This document shows positions 19,967 through 31,263 of a stretch of DNA of 64,000 nt, one piece after another. The position numbers and the translations under genes are program-made. The notes below the pieces were generated by a model. That model was not told the origin of the DNA and ran no database searches. It worked only from the letters and a program-made list of their open reading frames with translations. The stretch's first letter is position 1, and every line of letters begins with the position of its first letter. The DNA comes from Muribaculaceae bacterium (GTDB lineage Bacteria; Bacteroidota; Bacteroidia; Bacteroidales; G3-4614), in contig JAFYRT010000063.1 in assembly GCA_017546805.1 (NCBI GenBank), positions 10,289 to 74,288 of the forward strand, given 5' to 3'.

Positions 19967-21424
19967 ATGAAGAAGATATCGGCTCTTATAGAGAAGATAA
20001 AAACTACAAGCATTATAGGTGATATAGAGCAAGAAGTGAAAGGGATAGACTCTGACTCTCGCAATATAAAACCACAATATATGTTTATAGCCGTAAAAGG
20101 AACGACAGTTGACGGTCACAAATTTATCGGAAAGGCAGTAGAGTTGGGAGCAACAGCTGTTTTATGCGAGGATATGCCTGAAGAAGTAAAAGAGGGCATC
20201 ACCTATATCACGGTAAAAGATTCGCAACTTGCCTTGGGTCAACTTGCATCGGCATGGTACAACTACCCATCAGAGAAATTAAAACTTGTTGGAGTAACCG
20301 GAACCAATGGAAAAACAACCATAGCGACACTGCTATATAAGATGTTTAAAATCTTCGGAGAGAAAACAGGATTGCTATCGACCGTATGCAACTACGTTGG
20401 AGAAAAAGCAGTTCCTTCAACACACACGACTCCTGACCCCATATCACTTAACTCTCTTTTGAACGATATGGTTGAGGAGGGGTGCACATATGCATTCATG
20501 GAGGTAAGTTCTCACTCTGCCGACCAAAAAAGGATTGGCGGATTGGCGTTTGACGGAGGTATTTTTACCAACCTTACTCGCGACCACATGGACTACCACA
20601 AAACAGTCGATGCGTATCTCAAGGCTAAAAAGAGCTTCTTCGATTCACTCAATAAGAATGCCTTTGCCCTTACAAATGCCGACGATAAAAACGGAGAAGT
20701 AATGCTTCAAAACTGCAAAGCAAGAAAAAGCAGTTACTCACTTAAATCGATGGCAGAGTTCAAGGGTAAAATCATCGAGAGCAGAATTGACGGAACAACC
20801 CTACAAATAAACAACAGAGAAGTTGAGACTTTATTTGTTGGAAAATTCAATGCATATAACCTATTGGCAGTATACGGAGCAGCCTGTTTGTTAGGCAAAG
20901 AGACAGAGGAGGTGTTGACAGTATTATCAATGCTCGTTCCCGTATCGGGACGCTTCCAAACACTCTCTAAAGGGGGAGTAACAGCAATTGTCGACTACGC
21001 ACATACTCCCGATGCAATAACCAATGTTCTACAATCAATAACAGAGGTTATACGAGGCAGAGGCGAGATTATTTCCGTAATAGGAGCAGGAGGAAATCGC
21101 GACAAAGGCAAACGTCCGCTAATGGCACAAGAAGCCATAAAGCTATCGACAAAAGTGATATTGACATCGGACAACCCAAGAGACGAAGAACCCGAACAAA
21201 TCATTGCAGATATGAAAGAGGGATTATCTTCTGCTCAACTGAAAAAGTGCCTGTCAATTACAGACCGTCGCGAAGCAATTCGACTTGCGATACAACTTGC
21301 AAAACCAGGAGATGTTGTATTGGTAGCAGGTAAAGGACACGAAGACTACCAAGAAATTAAAGGGGTAAAATACCACTTCGACGATAGGGAAGAGATTGAA
21401 AAAGCATTCGAGGAGATAGGATAA
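19967..21424 (+). CDS. murE: UDP-N-acetylmuramoyl-L-alanyl-D-glutamate--2,6-diaminopimelate ligase
   Basis: 485 aa. It has the P-loop [10 protein letters not shown], and DNPR (SDNPRDE), which is the meso-DAP specificity motif. Confidence 0.93.
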   Translation: MKKISALIEKIKTTSIIGDIEQEVKGIDSDSRNIKPQYMFIAVKGTTVDGHKFIGKAVELGATAVLCEDMPEEVKEGITYITVKDSQLALGQLASAWYNYPSEKLKLVGVTGTNGKTTIATLLYKMFKIFGEKTGLLSTVCNYVGEKAVPSTHTTPDPISLNSLLNDMVEEGCTYAFMEVSSHSADQKRIGGLAFDGGIFTNLTRDHMDYHKTVDAYLKAKKSFFDSLNKNAFALTNADDKNGEVMLQNCKARKSSYSLKSMAEFKGKIIESRIDGTTLQINNREVETLFVGKFNAYNLLAVYGAACLLGKETEEVLTVLSMLVPVSGRFQTLSKGGVTAIVDYAHTPDAITNVLQSITEVIRGRGEIISVIGAGGNRDKGKRPLMAQEAIKLSTKVILTSDNPRDEEPEQIIADMKEGLSSAQLKKCLSITDRREAIRLAIQLAKPGDVVLVAGKGHEDYQEIKGVKYHFDDREEIEKAFEEIG

Positions 21425-21459
21425 AACAAGTAAGAGAATAAAAAAACAACTTTTGAAAT

Positions 21460-22728
21460 ATGTTATACGACTTTTTTAACTACCTAAATACCATAGATAT
21501 ACCCGGAGCAGGAATGTTCCAATACATTTCGTTCAGAGCAACTTTGGCATTTGTGCTATCGCTCTTTATAGCAATGGTAATAGGCGGGAAAATTATAAAC
21601 AAACTGCGTAAAATGCAGATTGGTGAGACAATTCGAGACCTTTCATTGGAGGGACAGCTATCAAAGAAAGGAACTCCTACCATGGGAGGTATAATCATAA
21701 TAATAGCAACACTTATTCCATGTCTGTTGGTGGGTCGCCTGAGCAACATCTATATGTTGCTGATGATTATAACAACAGTATGGTTGGGAATATTGGGATT
21801 TGCCGACGATTACATAAAGGTAATCAAAAAGAACAAAGAGGGAATGAAAGGCAAATTCAAAATCATAGGACAAATTGGATTGGGTCTGATTGTGGGACTT
21901 ACCCTATATCTGTCGCCCGATGTTGTTATTAGAGAGAAGAACAACACACAGCAAGAGATTAACCAAACAACTGTTATAGAAGATACCACGCGAGGAATCG
22001 ATAAAAAATCGACAAAGACCACAATTCCATTTGTAAAGGACCACAACTTTGATTATGCCGATTTAATTCCTTTTTCCGGAGAACATTCTCAAACTGCAGG
22101 CTGGGTAATCTTTGTAATAATAAGCATATTGGTTGTTACAGCTGTTTCAAACGGAGCAAATCTTACAGACGGACTCGATGGCTTGGCTGCAGGAACAACT
22201 GCTATAATAGGTGTTACGTTGGGTATATTCGCATATCTCTCGGGACACGTCATATATGCCCCCTACCTTGATATTATGTATATACCCGGGTCGGGAGAGT
22301 TAGTGGTGTTTGTTAGTGCATTTGTAGGAGCACTTATAGGATTCTTATGGTATAACGTATATCCCGCACAAGTATTTATGGGAGATACAGGAAGCCTCAC
22401 AATAGGAGGAATCATTGCTGTTTTGGCAATAATACTACACAAAGAGCTTCTTTTGCCTCTGCTATGCGGAATATTCTTGGTTGAGAGCCTAAGTGTTATA
22501 CTACAAACTTCATACTTCAAATACACAAAAAAGAGATACGGAGAGGGACGCAGAATATTTAAAATGACACCACTTCATCACCACTTCCAAAAAGATGGTG
22601 ACGGTTCAATTAAAGCACTGATACAAACACCCGTAAACAAAATGCCCGAGTCGCGAATAACCATACGTTTTTGGATTGTAAGCATACTTTTGGCAGCATT
22701 AACCATAGTAACATTAAAAATACGATAA
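21460..22728 (+). CDS. mraY: Phospho-N-acetylmuramoyl-pentapeptide transferase
   Basis: 422 aa polytopic protein. It has [25 protein letters not shown] and PLHHHF motifs. Confidence 0.95.
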   Translation: MLYDFFNYLNTIDIPGAGMFQYISFRATLAFVLSLFIAMVIGGKIINKLRKMQIGETIRDLSLEGQLSKKGTPTMGGIIIIIATLIPCLLVGRLSNIYMLLMIITTVWLGILGFADDYIKVIKKNKEGMKGKFKIIGQIGLGLIVGLTLYLSPDVVIREKNNTQQEINQTTVIEDTTRGIDKKSTKTTIPFVKDHNFDYADLIPFSGEHSQTAGWVIFVIISILVVTAVSNGANLTDGLDGLAAGTTAIIGVTLGIFAYLSGHVIYAPYLDIMYIPGSGELVVFVSAFVGALIGFLWYNVYPAQVFMGDTGSLTIGGIIAVLAIILHKELLLPLLCGIFLVESLSVILQTSYFKYTKKRYGEGRRIFKMTPLHHHFQKDGDGSIKALIQTPVNKMPESRITIRFWIVSILLAALTIVTLKIR

Positions 22729-24065
22729 TGGCAAAGAGAGTTGTAATATTAGGAGCAGGAGAGAGCGGAACCGGAGCTGCAATTTTAGCAAAGATAAAGG
22801 GCTTTGATGTATTTGTCTCTGACTTTTCACCCATTAAAGAGAAGTATCAATCTTTATTGGATGAGTACAACATCGAGAGTGAAAGCGGAAGCCACACCCT
22901 CGAAAAAATTTTGAATGCCGACGAGGTGATAAAGAGCCCGGGTATTCCCGACACCGTTCCTGTAATGGCAGCCATACTTGAAAAGCAGATACCTGTAATC
23001 TCTGAAATAGAATTTGCAGGCAGATATACCGATGCAAAGATGATATGTATTACCGGAAGTAACGGTAAGACCACAACAACTCTGTTGACATACCATATTT
23101 TAAAAAGCGCAGGACTTAATGTAGGTTTGGCAGGAAATGTTGGTAAGAGTTTGGCTTTGCAAGTGGCAACAGAAAACTTCGACTACTATGTAATAGAGTT
23201 GAGCAGTTTTCAGTTGGACAACATGTATGATTTCAAAGCAAACATTGCCGTACTGTTAAACATCACTCCCGACCACCTCGACCGCTACGGATATGATATG
23301 CAAAACTATGTAGATGCAAAGTTCCGCATCACACAAAACCAAACCGAAAACGATGCATTCATCTTCTGGAACGACGACCCTATAATTGCCGAGGAGTTGA
23401 GCAAATACAATCTAAAATCAAAGCTCTATCCCTTTGCCGAAAAGATTGGAGAAGGTGTTGCAGCATACAAAGATGGTGCAAACATTATAATAAACGATAA
23501 GAACGGAACAATAGCTATTGATGAGGAGGCACTCTCACTTGAAGGTCGCCACAACCTCTTCAACTCATTGGCAGCATCAATCTCTGCAAAGGTTCTTGAA
23601 ATCAGAAAAGAGGAGATTAGAGCAGCCCTGAGCGGTTTCAAAGGAGTTGAACACAGATTGGAAAAAGCAGGACGAGTTCGCGGTGTAGAGTTTATAAACG
23701 ACTCAAAGGCCACCAATGTAAACTCATGCTGGTATGCCCTTGAGAGCATGAAAACTCCCGTTGTCCTTATACTCGGTGGTAAAGACAAAGGTAACGACTA
23801 TACCGAAATAGAACAATTGGTAAAAGATAAAGTAAAAGCTATTGTATGCTTGGGTGTTGACAACAGCAAACTACATAAATTCTTTGACTATATGGGAAAA
23901 GAGATGGCAGATGCATCGTCAATGAAAGAGGCTGTTGAAAAATCTTTGGCCATGGCTCAACCGGGCGACACAGTATTGCTATCACCCTGCTGCGCAAGCT
24001 TCGACCTCTTTAAAAGCTATGAAGACAGAGGAGAGCAATTTAAAAAGTGCGTAAAAGAGATATAA
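22728..24065 (+). CDS. murD: UDP-N-acetylmuramoylalanine--D-glutamate ligase
   Basis: The start is set at the ATG overlapping the mraY stop (ATAATG), giving [18 protein letters not shown] (Rossmann fold). It has the P-loop GSNGKTTT. The ORF-track start at 22671 lies inside mraY. Confidence 0.92.
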   Translation: MAKRVVILGAGESGTGAAILAKIKGFDVFVSDFSPIKEKYQSLLDEYNIESESGSHTLEKILNADEVIKSPGIPDTVPVMAAILEKQIPVISEIEFAGRYTDAKMICITGSNGKTTTTLLTYHILKSAGLNVGLAGNVGKSLALQVATENFDYYVIELSSFQLDNMYDFKANIAVLLNITPDHLDRYGYDMQNYVDAKFRITQNQTENDAFIFWNDDPIIAEELSKYNLKSKLYPFAEKIGEGVAAYKDGANIIINDKNGTIAIDEEALSLEGRHNLFNSLAASISAKVLEIRKEEIRAALSGFKGVEHRLEKAGRVRGVEFINDSKATNVNSCWYALESMKTPVVLILGGKDKGNDYTEIEQLVKDKVKAIVCLGVDNSKLHKFFDYMGKEMADASSMKEAVEKSLAMAQPGDTVLLSPCCASFDLFKSYEDRGEQFKKCVKEI

Positions 24066-24071
24066 AAAGAG

Positions 24072-25328
24072 ATGGAAGAAAAGAGGAAAATATTAAAAGG
24101 GGACAAATATATCTGGGGAGCATTCTTCGGGTTGTGCTTAATATCGATATTGTCGATGTACACAGCTAGTGGAACCCTCACTTATAATTCGGATAATATA
24201 TACGACCCCATAATAAAACACGCCAAATTTTTGGTGGGTAGTACCATTGTGGTATTTGTTGTACACTATGTACACTATAAATTCCTACGACTACTCGGAT
24301 TTCCTCTATTTATTGTATCTTCCATAATGCTTCTCTATACCCTCTTTTTTGGAGAAAAGATAAATGACGCAGCGCGTTGGATAGAGGTTGCAGGAATCCC
24401 CATACAACCATCGGAGTTGGCAAAATTGGGAGTAATAATCACAACTGCATACTTCTTGGCAAAAGGGCAAGTTGAAAAAGGAGTTTCAAACGATGCCCTG
24501 AAGAAGATTCTGATAATCGTTGTAACCTCGTGTCTGCTGATATTCACAGAGAACTTTTCAACAGCGGCTCTGATAGGATTGGTAACATACTGCATGATGA
24601 TTATAGGCGGTGTAAGTTTTAATAAACTTGGAATTCTGTTGCTATCGGTATTGCTGTTCGTAGGCTCTATATTGATAACAGCTAAGGTTGTCGATGAGAA
24701 ATTCCCCGACTCAAAGAACTTCTTTACAACAGCCATGCACAGAGCAAACATGTGGAATGGACGTATTGCAAACTACTTTGAAGATAACGATGTCCCCGAA
24801 TACGAAAAGGAGACAACCGACAATAACTATCAAGAGCATCATGCTTATATGGCAATTGCCAACAGCAACGGAATAGGTTTAGGACCCGGGAACAGTCTCG
24901 AACGCGACTTCTTGCCACAAGCATATTCCGACTTTATATTTGCCATAATACTTGAAGAGTATGGTATATGTGGAGGATTGATAGTAATGGGACTATACAT
25001 ATCCATTCTATTCCGAGCATACCAAAACACACGAAAATGTTCGCAAGCATTCCCTGCATTCCTGATGATGGGAATTGCAATGCTCATTGTATTTCAGGCA
25101 ATCGTAAACATGATGGTAGCTACAGGTGTAATACCTGTAACAGGACAGCCTCTGCCCCTTATAAGTCGCGGAGGAACATCTGTTATAATAACAGGTATAT
25201 ACTTTGGAATATTGTTGAGCATAAGCAGATATGCCACCATAGATAATAACGACAATAATAAAGAAGAGGAGACAGAGATACCTGAAAGCATATCGGCTCC
25301 AAACCCAAATCTAAAAGAAGATATATGA
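24072..25328 (+). CDS. ftsW: SEDS-family peptidoglycan glycosyltransferase FtsW
   Basis: 418 aa polytopic protein. It has IQPSELAKL, SDFIFAII and TGQPLPLISRGGTS motifs. Confidence 0.9.
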   Translation: MEEKRKILKGDKYIWGAFFGLCLISILSMYTASGTLTYNSDNIYDPIIKHAKFLVGSTIVVFVVHYVHYKFLRLLGFPLFIVSSIMLLYTLFFGEKINDAARWIEVAGIPIQPSELAKLGVIITTAYFLAKGQVEKGVSNDALKKILIIVVTSCLLIFTENFSTAALIGLVTYCMMIIGGVSFNKLGILLLSVLLFVGSILITAKVVDEKFPDSKNFFTTAMHRANMWNGRIANYFEDNDVPEYEKETTDNNYQEHHAYMAIANSNGIGLGPGNSLERDFLPQAYSDFIFAIILEEYGICGGLIVMGLYISILFRAYQNTRKCSQAFPAFLMMGIAMLIVFQAIVNMMVATGVIPVTGQPLPLISRGGTSVIITGIYFGILLSISRYATIDNNDNNKEEETEIPESISAPNPNLKEDI

Positions 25329-26431
25329 AAAAGAGTTTTAAAGTAATAATAAGCGGAGGGGGAACAGGTGGACACATTTTTCCCGCAATATCCATTGCAG
25401 ATGCAATAAAAGAGAAAATGCCTGATGCAGAAATCCTTTTTGTTGGAGCGGAAGGACGCATGGAGATGGAAAAAGTTCCAGCCGCAGGATACAAAATAAT
25501 AGGTATACCCATAAGCGGTTTAAGCCGAACTAATCTGCTTAAAAACTTCAAGGTGATAGCACAGTTGTTCAAAAGCCTTAAGCTCGCAAAAAAGATAATA
25601 AAAGAGTTTAAACCCAACGTAGCTGTAGGTGTAGGCGGATATGCAAGCGGACCTACACTTTGGTGTGCCGCAAGCGAAAAAATACCCACAGTGATACAAG
25701 AGCAAAACTCATACGCAGGTGTAACAAACAAATTGCTATCGAAAAAGGCAAAAGCCATATGCGTGGCCTACGATGGAATGGATAGATTTTTCCCGGAGGA
25801 GAGTATTATATTGACAGGCAACCCCGTACGAAAAGGGTTAACCGAGGAGGTATCGAAAGAAGAGGCAATTGAGTACTTCGGACTCGACAAAAACAAAAAG
25901 ACCATACTTGCCATTGGCGGAAGCCTTGGTGCAAGAACCATAAACGAAAGCATTGCAGACTCTCTGAATGATATACCCGAGGATATACAAATAATATGGC
26001 AATCGGGTAAATTCTACGATAAAAGTGCAAGCGAAGCAATAGCCAATGCAGGAGAGGTGGCAGTTAAACAAAGCGCATTCATCACCCGCATGGACTACGC
26101 CTACGCAGCAGCCGATTTGGTAATATCAAGAGCAGGAGCCTCATCAATATCGGAGTTATGTCTTTTGGGAAAAGCATCAATACTTGTACCCTCGCCAAAC
26201 GTGGCAGAAGATCACCAAACAAAGAATGCCATGGCACTGTCAACAAAAGAGGCAGCAATATTGGTCCCCGATTCTGAAGCAACAATATCGCTTATGAATC
26301 AAGCCTTTAAGACAGTAAAAGACGAGATGAAACTAAAAGTTATGTCGGAAAACATAAAAACACTTGCTCAAAACAACTCAGCAAGCAGAATAGCCGACAT
26401 AGTAATAAAAATAGCAAACAAAGCAATATAA
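25325..26431 (+). CDS. murG: UDP-N-acetylglucosamine--N-acetylmuramyl-(pentapeptide) pyrophosphoryl-undecaprenol GlcNAc transferase
   Basis: 368 aa. It has GGGTGGHIFPA, the GGSLGA motif, and AEDHQTKNA. Confidence 0.93.
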   Translation: MKKSFKVIISGGGTGGHIFPAISIADAIKEKMPDAEILFVGAEGRMEMEKVPAAGYKIIGIPISGLSRTNLLKNFKVIAQLFKSLKLAKKIIKEFKPNVAVGVGGYASGPTLWCAASEKIPTVIQEQNSYAGVTNKLLSKKAKAICVAYDGMDRFFPEESIILTGNPVRKGLTEEVSKEEAIEYFGLDKNKKTILAIGGSLGARTINESIADSLNDIPEDIQIIWQSGKFYDKSASEAIANAGEVAVKQSAFITRMDYAYAAADLVISRAGASSISELCLLGKASILVPSPNVAEDHQTKNAMALSTKEAAILVPDSEATISLMNQAFKTVKDEMKLKVMSENIKTLAQNNSASRIADIVIKIANKAI

Positions 26432-27798
26432 TGGAGAGCAAAAAATCTATATACTTTTTAGGGATAGGCGGAATAGGAATGAGTGCCTTGGCAAGATACT
26501 TCATATCAAAAGGATATAAAGTAGCAGGATACGACCGTGCCAAAACTCACATTACCGATGCACTTGTAAACGAAGGTGCAGAGATATTCTATGATGAAGA
26601 TATTAATTTGATTCCACAATACTGCTTGAATCCCGAAGAGACTCTTGTTGTGTATACCCCTGCAATACCTGCAACACATAAAGGCTTTGAGTACTTCAAA
26701 GCAAACAACTTTGAGATTGCAAAACGTGCAAAAATTTTGGGCATGATAACCCGAAACAGCAAAGGACTTTGTATTTCAGGAACACACGGAAAAACCACAA
26801 CAAGTTCGATGCTTGCACACATATTGGCATCGTCAAAGATAGAGTGTAACGCTTTTTTGGGAGGAATACTTAAAAACTACAACAGTAATCTTATCCTCTC
26901 TGATAAGAGCGAGTACACGGTTATCGAGGCAGACGAATATGATCGTTCGTTTCATCAACTATCTCCCTACATGGCGGTAGTGACAGCATCAGACCCCGAC
27001 CATCTCGATATATACGGAACAGAGGAGGCATATCTTGAGAGTTTTGCCACATTTACATCACTTATATCTCCGGGGGGAGTTCTACTGATAAAAAAAGGGA
27101 TAAGCCTTGTCCCTCGAATAAAAGAGGGGGTTACTCTATTGACCTTTGGTAGAGAAGAGGGAGATTATCATGGAGAAAATATACGAATAGGCGGAGGAGA
27201 GATAATATTTGACTTCGTAACTCCCGAAAAAAGGATAAACGATATAAAACTTGGTGTTCCCGTAAAAATAAACATAGACAATGCCATTGCCGCAATGGCC
27301 ATTGCAACACTTTGCGGAGCCGAAGATGATGAGATAAAAGAGGCGATTGGCTCATACCAAGGACCTGAACGAAGATTCGATTTTTGGTTGAAAACTCCCG
27401 AAAAGGTTCTACTCGATGATTATGCTCACCACCCCGATGAGGTATCGGCATCAATATCGTCGGTAAAAGAGTTATATCCCGATAAACATCTTACGGTAAT
27501 CTTTTACCCCCACCTATACAGCCGCACACGCGATTTTGCACCGGAATTTGCAAAAGCCCTATCTCTTGCCGACAGAGTTATTCTATTACCCATATATCCT
27601 GCAAGAGAGGAACCAATTCCCGGAGTAACATCCGAAATAATATTAGACCAACTAACTTGTAAAGAAAAAGAGATAACTTTAAAAGAAAATTTGATAGAAA
27701 AGATAAAAGTTGGTAAATTTGAGGTGCTTATGACAATGGGGGCAGGTAATGTTGATGTGTACCTACCCGAAATTAAAGAGATAATAGAGAAACAATGA
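26431..27798 (+). CDS. murC: UDP-N-acetylmuramate--L-alanine ligase
   Basis: 455 aa. It has IYFLGIGGIGMSALA, the P-loop GTHGKTTT, and DDYAHHP. Confidence 0.93.
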   Translation: MESKKSIYFLGIGGIGMSALARYFISKGYKVAGYDRAKTHITDALVNEGAEIFYDEDINLIPQYCLNPEETLVVYTPAIPATHKGFEYFKANNFEIAKRAKILGMITRNSKGLCISGTHGKTTTSSMLAHILASSKIECNAFLGGILKNYNSNLILSDKSEYTVIEADEYDRSFHQLSPYMAVVTASDPDHLDIYGTEEAYLESFATFTSLISPGGVLLIKKGISLVPRIKEGVTLLTFGREEGDYHGENIRIGGGEIIFDFVTPEKRINDIKLGVPVKINIDNAIAAMAIATLCGAEDDEIKEAIGSYQGPERRFDFWLKTPEKVLLDDYAHHPDEVSASISSVKELYPDKHLTVIFYPHLYSRTRDFAPEFAKALSLADRVILLPIYPAREEPIPGVTSEIILDQLTCKEKEITLKENLIEKIKVGKFEVLMTMGAGNVDVYLPEIKEIIEKQ

Positions 27799-28532
27799 TT
27801 TGGAGAGTTATAAAAATAATATTGATTCTACTGCTTCCGGCATGTTTGATTGCAGCATACTTTTATGCTCAATACAAATATACCGAAGAGGTATGTAACA
27901 ATATTAAAGTTGTATTACTCAATCCAAAAGAGCAACAATATCTATCCGAAGAGGATATACTTAAAATTGTAAGTGACAACAAGTTGGCAATAGCAGGAGT
28001 ATTCCTTTATGAGATAAATTTGGATAAAATTGAAAAGACAATCCAAAAGAATCAGATAGTAAAAAACAACGAGTGCTATAAAACTTCTAACGGAGATATT
28101 GTGATTGAAGTAGAACAACGCATCCCCGAATTAAGAGTAATAACACCCGCAACATCGTATTACATTGATAGTGACAGACGAAAATTACCCCTTTCGGAAA
28201 AGATTGTTGCATACCTACCCATAGCAACAGGAAACATAAAGGATGAGTTTGCGCAAAACAATTTATACGACTTTGTACAGTATCTGAAAGAGAATAAAAA
28301 GTGGGAAAACCAAATAGAGGAGATAATAGTTACCGATGAAGAAGAGATAGAATTAATACCTCGAATAGGTAAACAATTGATACTTTTTGGAAAAATGAGT
28401 AACTTTGAAAAAAAATTCAATGCAATAGATTTGCTCTATACACAAGTATTCAGTAAAACAGGGTGGAACTATTACAACAAAATAGACTTACGATACGAAG
28501 GTAAAATAATTTGTACAAAAAACATTCAATAG
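27795..28532 (+). CDS. ftsQ: Cell division protein FtsQ
   Basis: 245 aa bitopic protein with one N-terminal TM helix. It sits between murC and ftsA and has a POTRA-like region. Confidence 0.75.
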   Translation: MIWRVIKIILILLLPACLIAAYFYAQYKYTEEVCNNIKVVLLNPKEQQYLSEEDILKIVSDNKLAIAGVFLYEINLDKIEKTIQKNQIVKNNECYKTSNGDIVIEVEQRIPELRVITPATSYYIDSDRRKLPLSEKIVAYLPIATGNIKDEFAQNNLYDFVQYLKENKKWENQIEEIIVTDEEEIELIPRIGKQLILFGKMSNFEKKFNAIDLLYTQVFSKTGWNYYNKIDLRYEGKIICTKNIQ

Positions 28533-28534
28533 AT

Positions 28535-29929
28535 ATGGATACATCAAATTTAATTGTAACAATAGATTTAGGCTCATCAAACATAGTAGGATTGGCAGGA
28601 GTCAAAGAGGGCAATAAAATAAAAGTTGTTGCCTTTGAGAAAGAGCCATCAGAGGGAGCTATACGTCGAGGATGCATCATAAACACCGATATATGTACTT
28701 CAAAAGTTCGCAAACTTATAACAAAATTGGAGAACAAAATAAACTCTCATATCAACGAAGTATATGTAGGAATAGGAGGGCAATCGGTTCGCACAATTAA
28801 AAACAATGTATCACGTCACTTACCCGACGGAACAAAAATATCATCAGCTCTACTTGACGAACTTAACAAAGAGGCTCGCAACATACCAATTGCAGCAACA
28901 GAGATTATAGATGTACTCCCTAACGAAACATACATAAACGACATCGTTGTGGAGAATCCATTGGGAATGGATGCGAAAAAGATACAGGTTGATATGCTAT
29001 TAGCTGTAGCACGTCAAGCACTATCAAGAAACATCTCTACTGTGTTTGAGAAGTTGAATATGCCTATAGCAGGTCTTATTCTATCATCAAAAGCCGATGC
29101 CGAGGCAATACTCACAAAAGAGGATAAAAACAAAGGCTGTGTATTGGTAAACTTCGGAGGAGGAACAACAGAGATATCGATATATTGCAAAGGTTATCTT
29201 CGCCAATTCTCTACAATACCATTGGGCGGAAAAAACATCACAATGGATATCATGTCTTTAGGACTTATTGCAGAAAAGGCAGAACAATATAAAATATCTA
29301 TCGGAAGTGCCTTATTAAGCACAGGAGAGCAATTAAAAGACATAACACTCGACGCACAAGGCAAAGGACCCATAAAACCCAAAGACCTTAACAGAGTATC
29401 TGTTGCACGCATCGAGGAGATAGTATCGAATGTTGTAAACCAGATAAAAGAGTCGGGCTTTAAATCTGAAATAAAAGGCGGAATAATAATAACAGGAGGA
29501 GCATCGCTATTAAAAGACCTTCCAGAGCTACTTCGCAAAGAGGCAGGAATGGAGGTACACTGTGGAACAACAAGCGAAAGAATTACTCTTGACCGCGAAA
29601 TAGATATTCAATTGCCACTATACTCTCAAGCTATGGGAATGATGCTTATAGCAGGAGAGGCAACAACCTCTAACAATACCATCAAAAAAGAGAAAGATAG
29701 CTGGTGGGGAGGATGGAAAAAGAGCAAAAAAGAAGAGACAGCTGTTGAGACAAAACCTGTAGAGAAAAAGGAGCCTGAGAAACCAAAAGAAAAAGAAAAA
29801 GAAAAAGAGAAACCCAAAGCTCCAAAACCACAACCCGAAAAAAATCAAAACAGAAGCAGTCTGTTTGATATGATTCGCGATAAAGTTGTGGATATAATGA
29901 ACGAAGATAAAAACGAATCAATAAAATAG
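28535..29929 (+). CDS. ftsA: Cell division protein FtsA with a Lys/Glu/Pro-rich linker before the C-terminal amphipathic helix
   Basis: The start is set at ATG 28535 (MDTSNLIVTIDLGSS, actin-fold phosphate-1 motif). The track start is a TTG inside ftsQ. It has GGGTTEISIY and IIITGGASLL motifs and the C-terminal tail SLFDMIRDKVVDIM. Confidence 0.9.
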   Translation: MDTSNLIVTIDLGSSNIVGLAGVKEGNKIKVVAFEKEPSEGAIRRGCIINTDICTSKVRKLITKLENKINSHINEVYVGIGGQSVRTIKNNVSRHLPDGTKISSALLDELNKEARNIPIAATEIIDVLPNETYINDIVVENPLGMDAKKIQVDMLLAVARQALSRNISTVFEKLNMPIAGLILSSKADAEAILTKEDKNKGCVLVNFGGGTTEISIYCKGYLRQFSTIPLGGKNITMDIMSLGLIAEKAEQYKISIGSALLSTGEQLKDITLDAQGKGPIKPKDLNRVSVARIEEIVSNVVNQIKESGFKSEIKGGIIITGGASLLKDLPELLRKEAGMEVHCGTTSERITLDREIDIQLPLYSQAMGMMLIAGEATTSNNTIKKEKDSWWGGWKKSKKEETAVETKPVEKKEPEKPKEKEKEKEKPKAPKPQPEKNQNRSSLFDMIRDKVVDIMNEDKNESIK

Positions 29930-29952
29930 AAATAAAAAATACATAGATATAT

Positions 29953-31257
29953 ATGGAAGGAAACAGACTCTTCTCAGATTCGGCAATTACCGACCCATTT
30001 ATAGGCGCAGACGAAAATCCAAGCCCAATAATAAAAGTTATTGGAGTTGGTGGCGGTGGAGGTAATGCAGTAACACACATGTACAAAACCGGCATCAAAG
30101 ACGTAGATTTTGTACTATGTAACACCGACCGTCAAGCTATGGCAAACTCCGAGATACCTACAAAAGTTCAAATAGGACACGGACTTGGAGCAGGAGGTAA
30201 CCCTGAAGAGGGAAAACGTATTGCAGAGGACAATTTAGAACAAATAGAGACACTCTTTACCAGCAACACCCGAATGGTATTCATTACCGCAGGAATGGGT
30301 GGAGGTACAGGAACAGGAGCAGCTCCTGTTGTTGCTCGCGTAGCACGTGAAAAAGGAATTCTTACTATCGGAATCGTAACCATACCATTCCTATTCGAAC
30401 GTCGTAACAAAATTCTAAAAGCTTGGGATGGAGTTGCTGAGATGCGCAAAAATGTAGATGCACTGCTCATCATCAACAACGAGCGTCTTCGCGAGATATA
30501 TCCCGACCTCAACTTTGTAAATGCTTTTGAAAAGGCAGATGAAACACTCACAAATGCCGCTAAAAGCGTTGCAGAGATGATTACCGTCGAGGGTAAAATA
30601 AACCTTGACTTTGCAGACGTATACAACACACTAAAAGATGGCGGTGTAGCCATAATGAGTACAGGAGAAGGAGAGGGCGAGAGACGTATCATGGATGCGT
30701 TTGAAAATGCACTACAATCTCCACTACTAAAAGAGGGCGATGTAAACAACGCAAAGAGAGTACTTTTCAACATATACCTATCGGCAGAGGGAGACAATCC
30801 GGTATCAATGGCAGAATCGGCATCCATAAACACATTTATGGAGCGTTTCGGAAACGATGTGGATGTTATATGGGGATTCACAATTGATAACTCGCTTGGT
30901 GACAAAGTCAAAGTTACTCTGTTGGCAACCGGATTCAATGTTGACTCCACAATACCCACAGGAACAACAACACAAACTCCACAACCAACAGTGGTGGTTC
31001 GTCCCGAAAGCGATATTATATCTGAAGTTTACGGAACATCTGCCGAGGATCGCATATTTATGGAGAGCGTAAGAGGCTCATACATCCAATTCTCGTTAGA
31101 GGAGATGGATGATGATGCTTTCATTGAAAAAGTTGTCAATACGCCCGCCTACTCGCGTCCTACAAACTTCAGACAACAAATAAGAGGATTAGAACCTCAA
31201 ATAAGCGAAACAGAGAGTGCACAACAAAACAAAACGTCAAATCCAATAATCTTTTAA
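29953..31257 (+). CDS. ftsZ: Cell division GTPase FtsZ
   Basis: 434 aa. It has the tubulin signature GGGTGTGAAPVVA, plus VIGVGGGGGNAV and NLDFADV. Confidence 0.97.
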   Translation: MEGNRLFSDSAITDPFIGADENPSPIIKVIGVGGGGGNAVTHMYKTGIKDVDFVLCNTDRQAMANSEIPTKVQIGHGLGAGGNPEEGKRIAEDNLEQIETLFTSNTRMVFITAGMGGGTGTGAAPVVARVAREKGILTIGIVTIPFLFERRNKILKAWDGVAEMRKNVDALLIINNERLREIYPDLNFVNAFEKADETLTNAAKSVAEMITVEGKINLDFADVYNTLKDGGVAIMSTGEGEGERRIMDAFENALQSPLLKEGDVNNAKRVLFNIYLSAEGDNPVSMAESASINTFMERFGNDVDVIWGFTIDNSLGDKVKVTLLATGFNVDSTIPTGTTTQTPQPTVVVRPESDIISEVYGTSAEDRIFMESVRGSYIQFSLEEMDDDAFIEKVVNTPAYSRPTNFRQQIRGLEPQISETESAQQNKTSNPIIF

Positions 31258-31263
31258 AAAGAT

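Noticed and set aside
22671-22727. N-terminally extended ORF-track starts at 22671 (murD), 28511 (ftsA), 34828 (DUF4271), 43357 (GT-like), 57009 (TlpA-like), 3292 (polyprenyl synthase), 36781 (rnpA) and 55278 (nadA).
   Set aside because: The extensions overlap the upstream gene or the divergent neighbour. They precede an internal Met that restores the conserved N-terminus or signal peptide (e.g. [29 protein letters not shown]). Internal starts were used; nadA remains ambiguous.
30168-30959. A 263-aa ORF antisense to ftsZ. Similar long shadow ORFs occur at 17749-18411, 25183-25758, 38112-38504, 44073-44633, 44784-45395 and 50074-50571.
   Set aside because: Each lies entirely inside, and antisense to, a confidently identified conserved gene. 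Their translations are low-complexity (Ser/Pro/Ile-rich) with no motifs. This is typical of shadow frames in compositionally skewed coding DNA.
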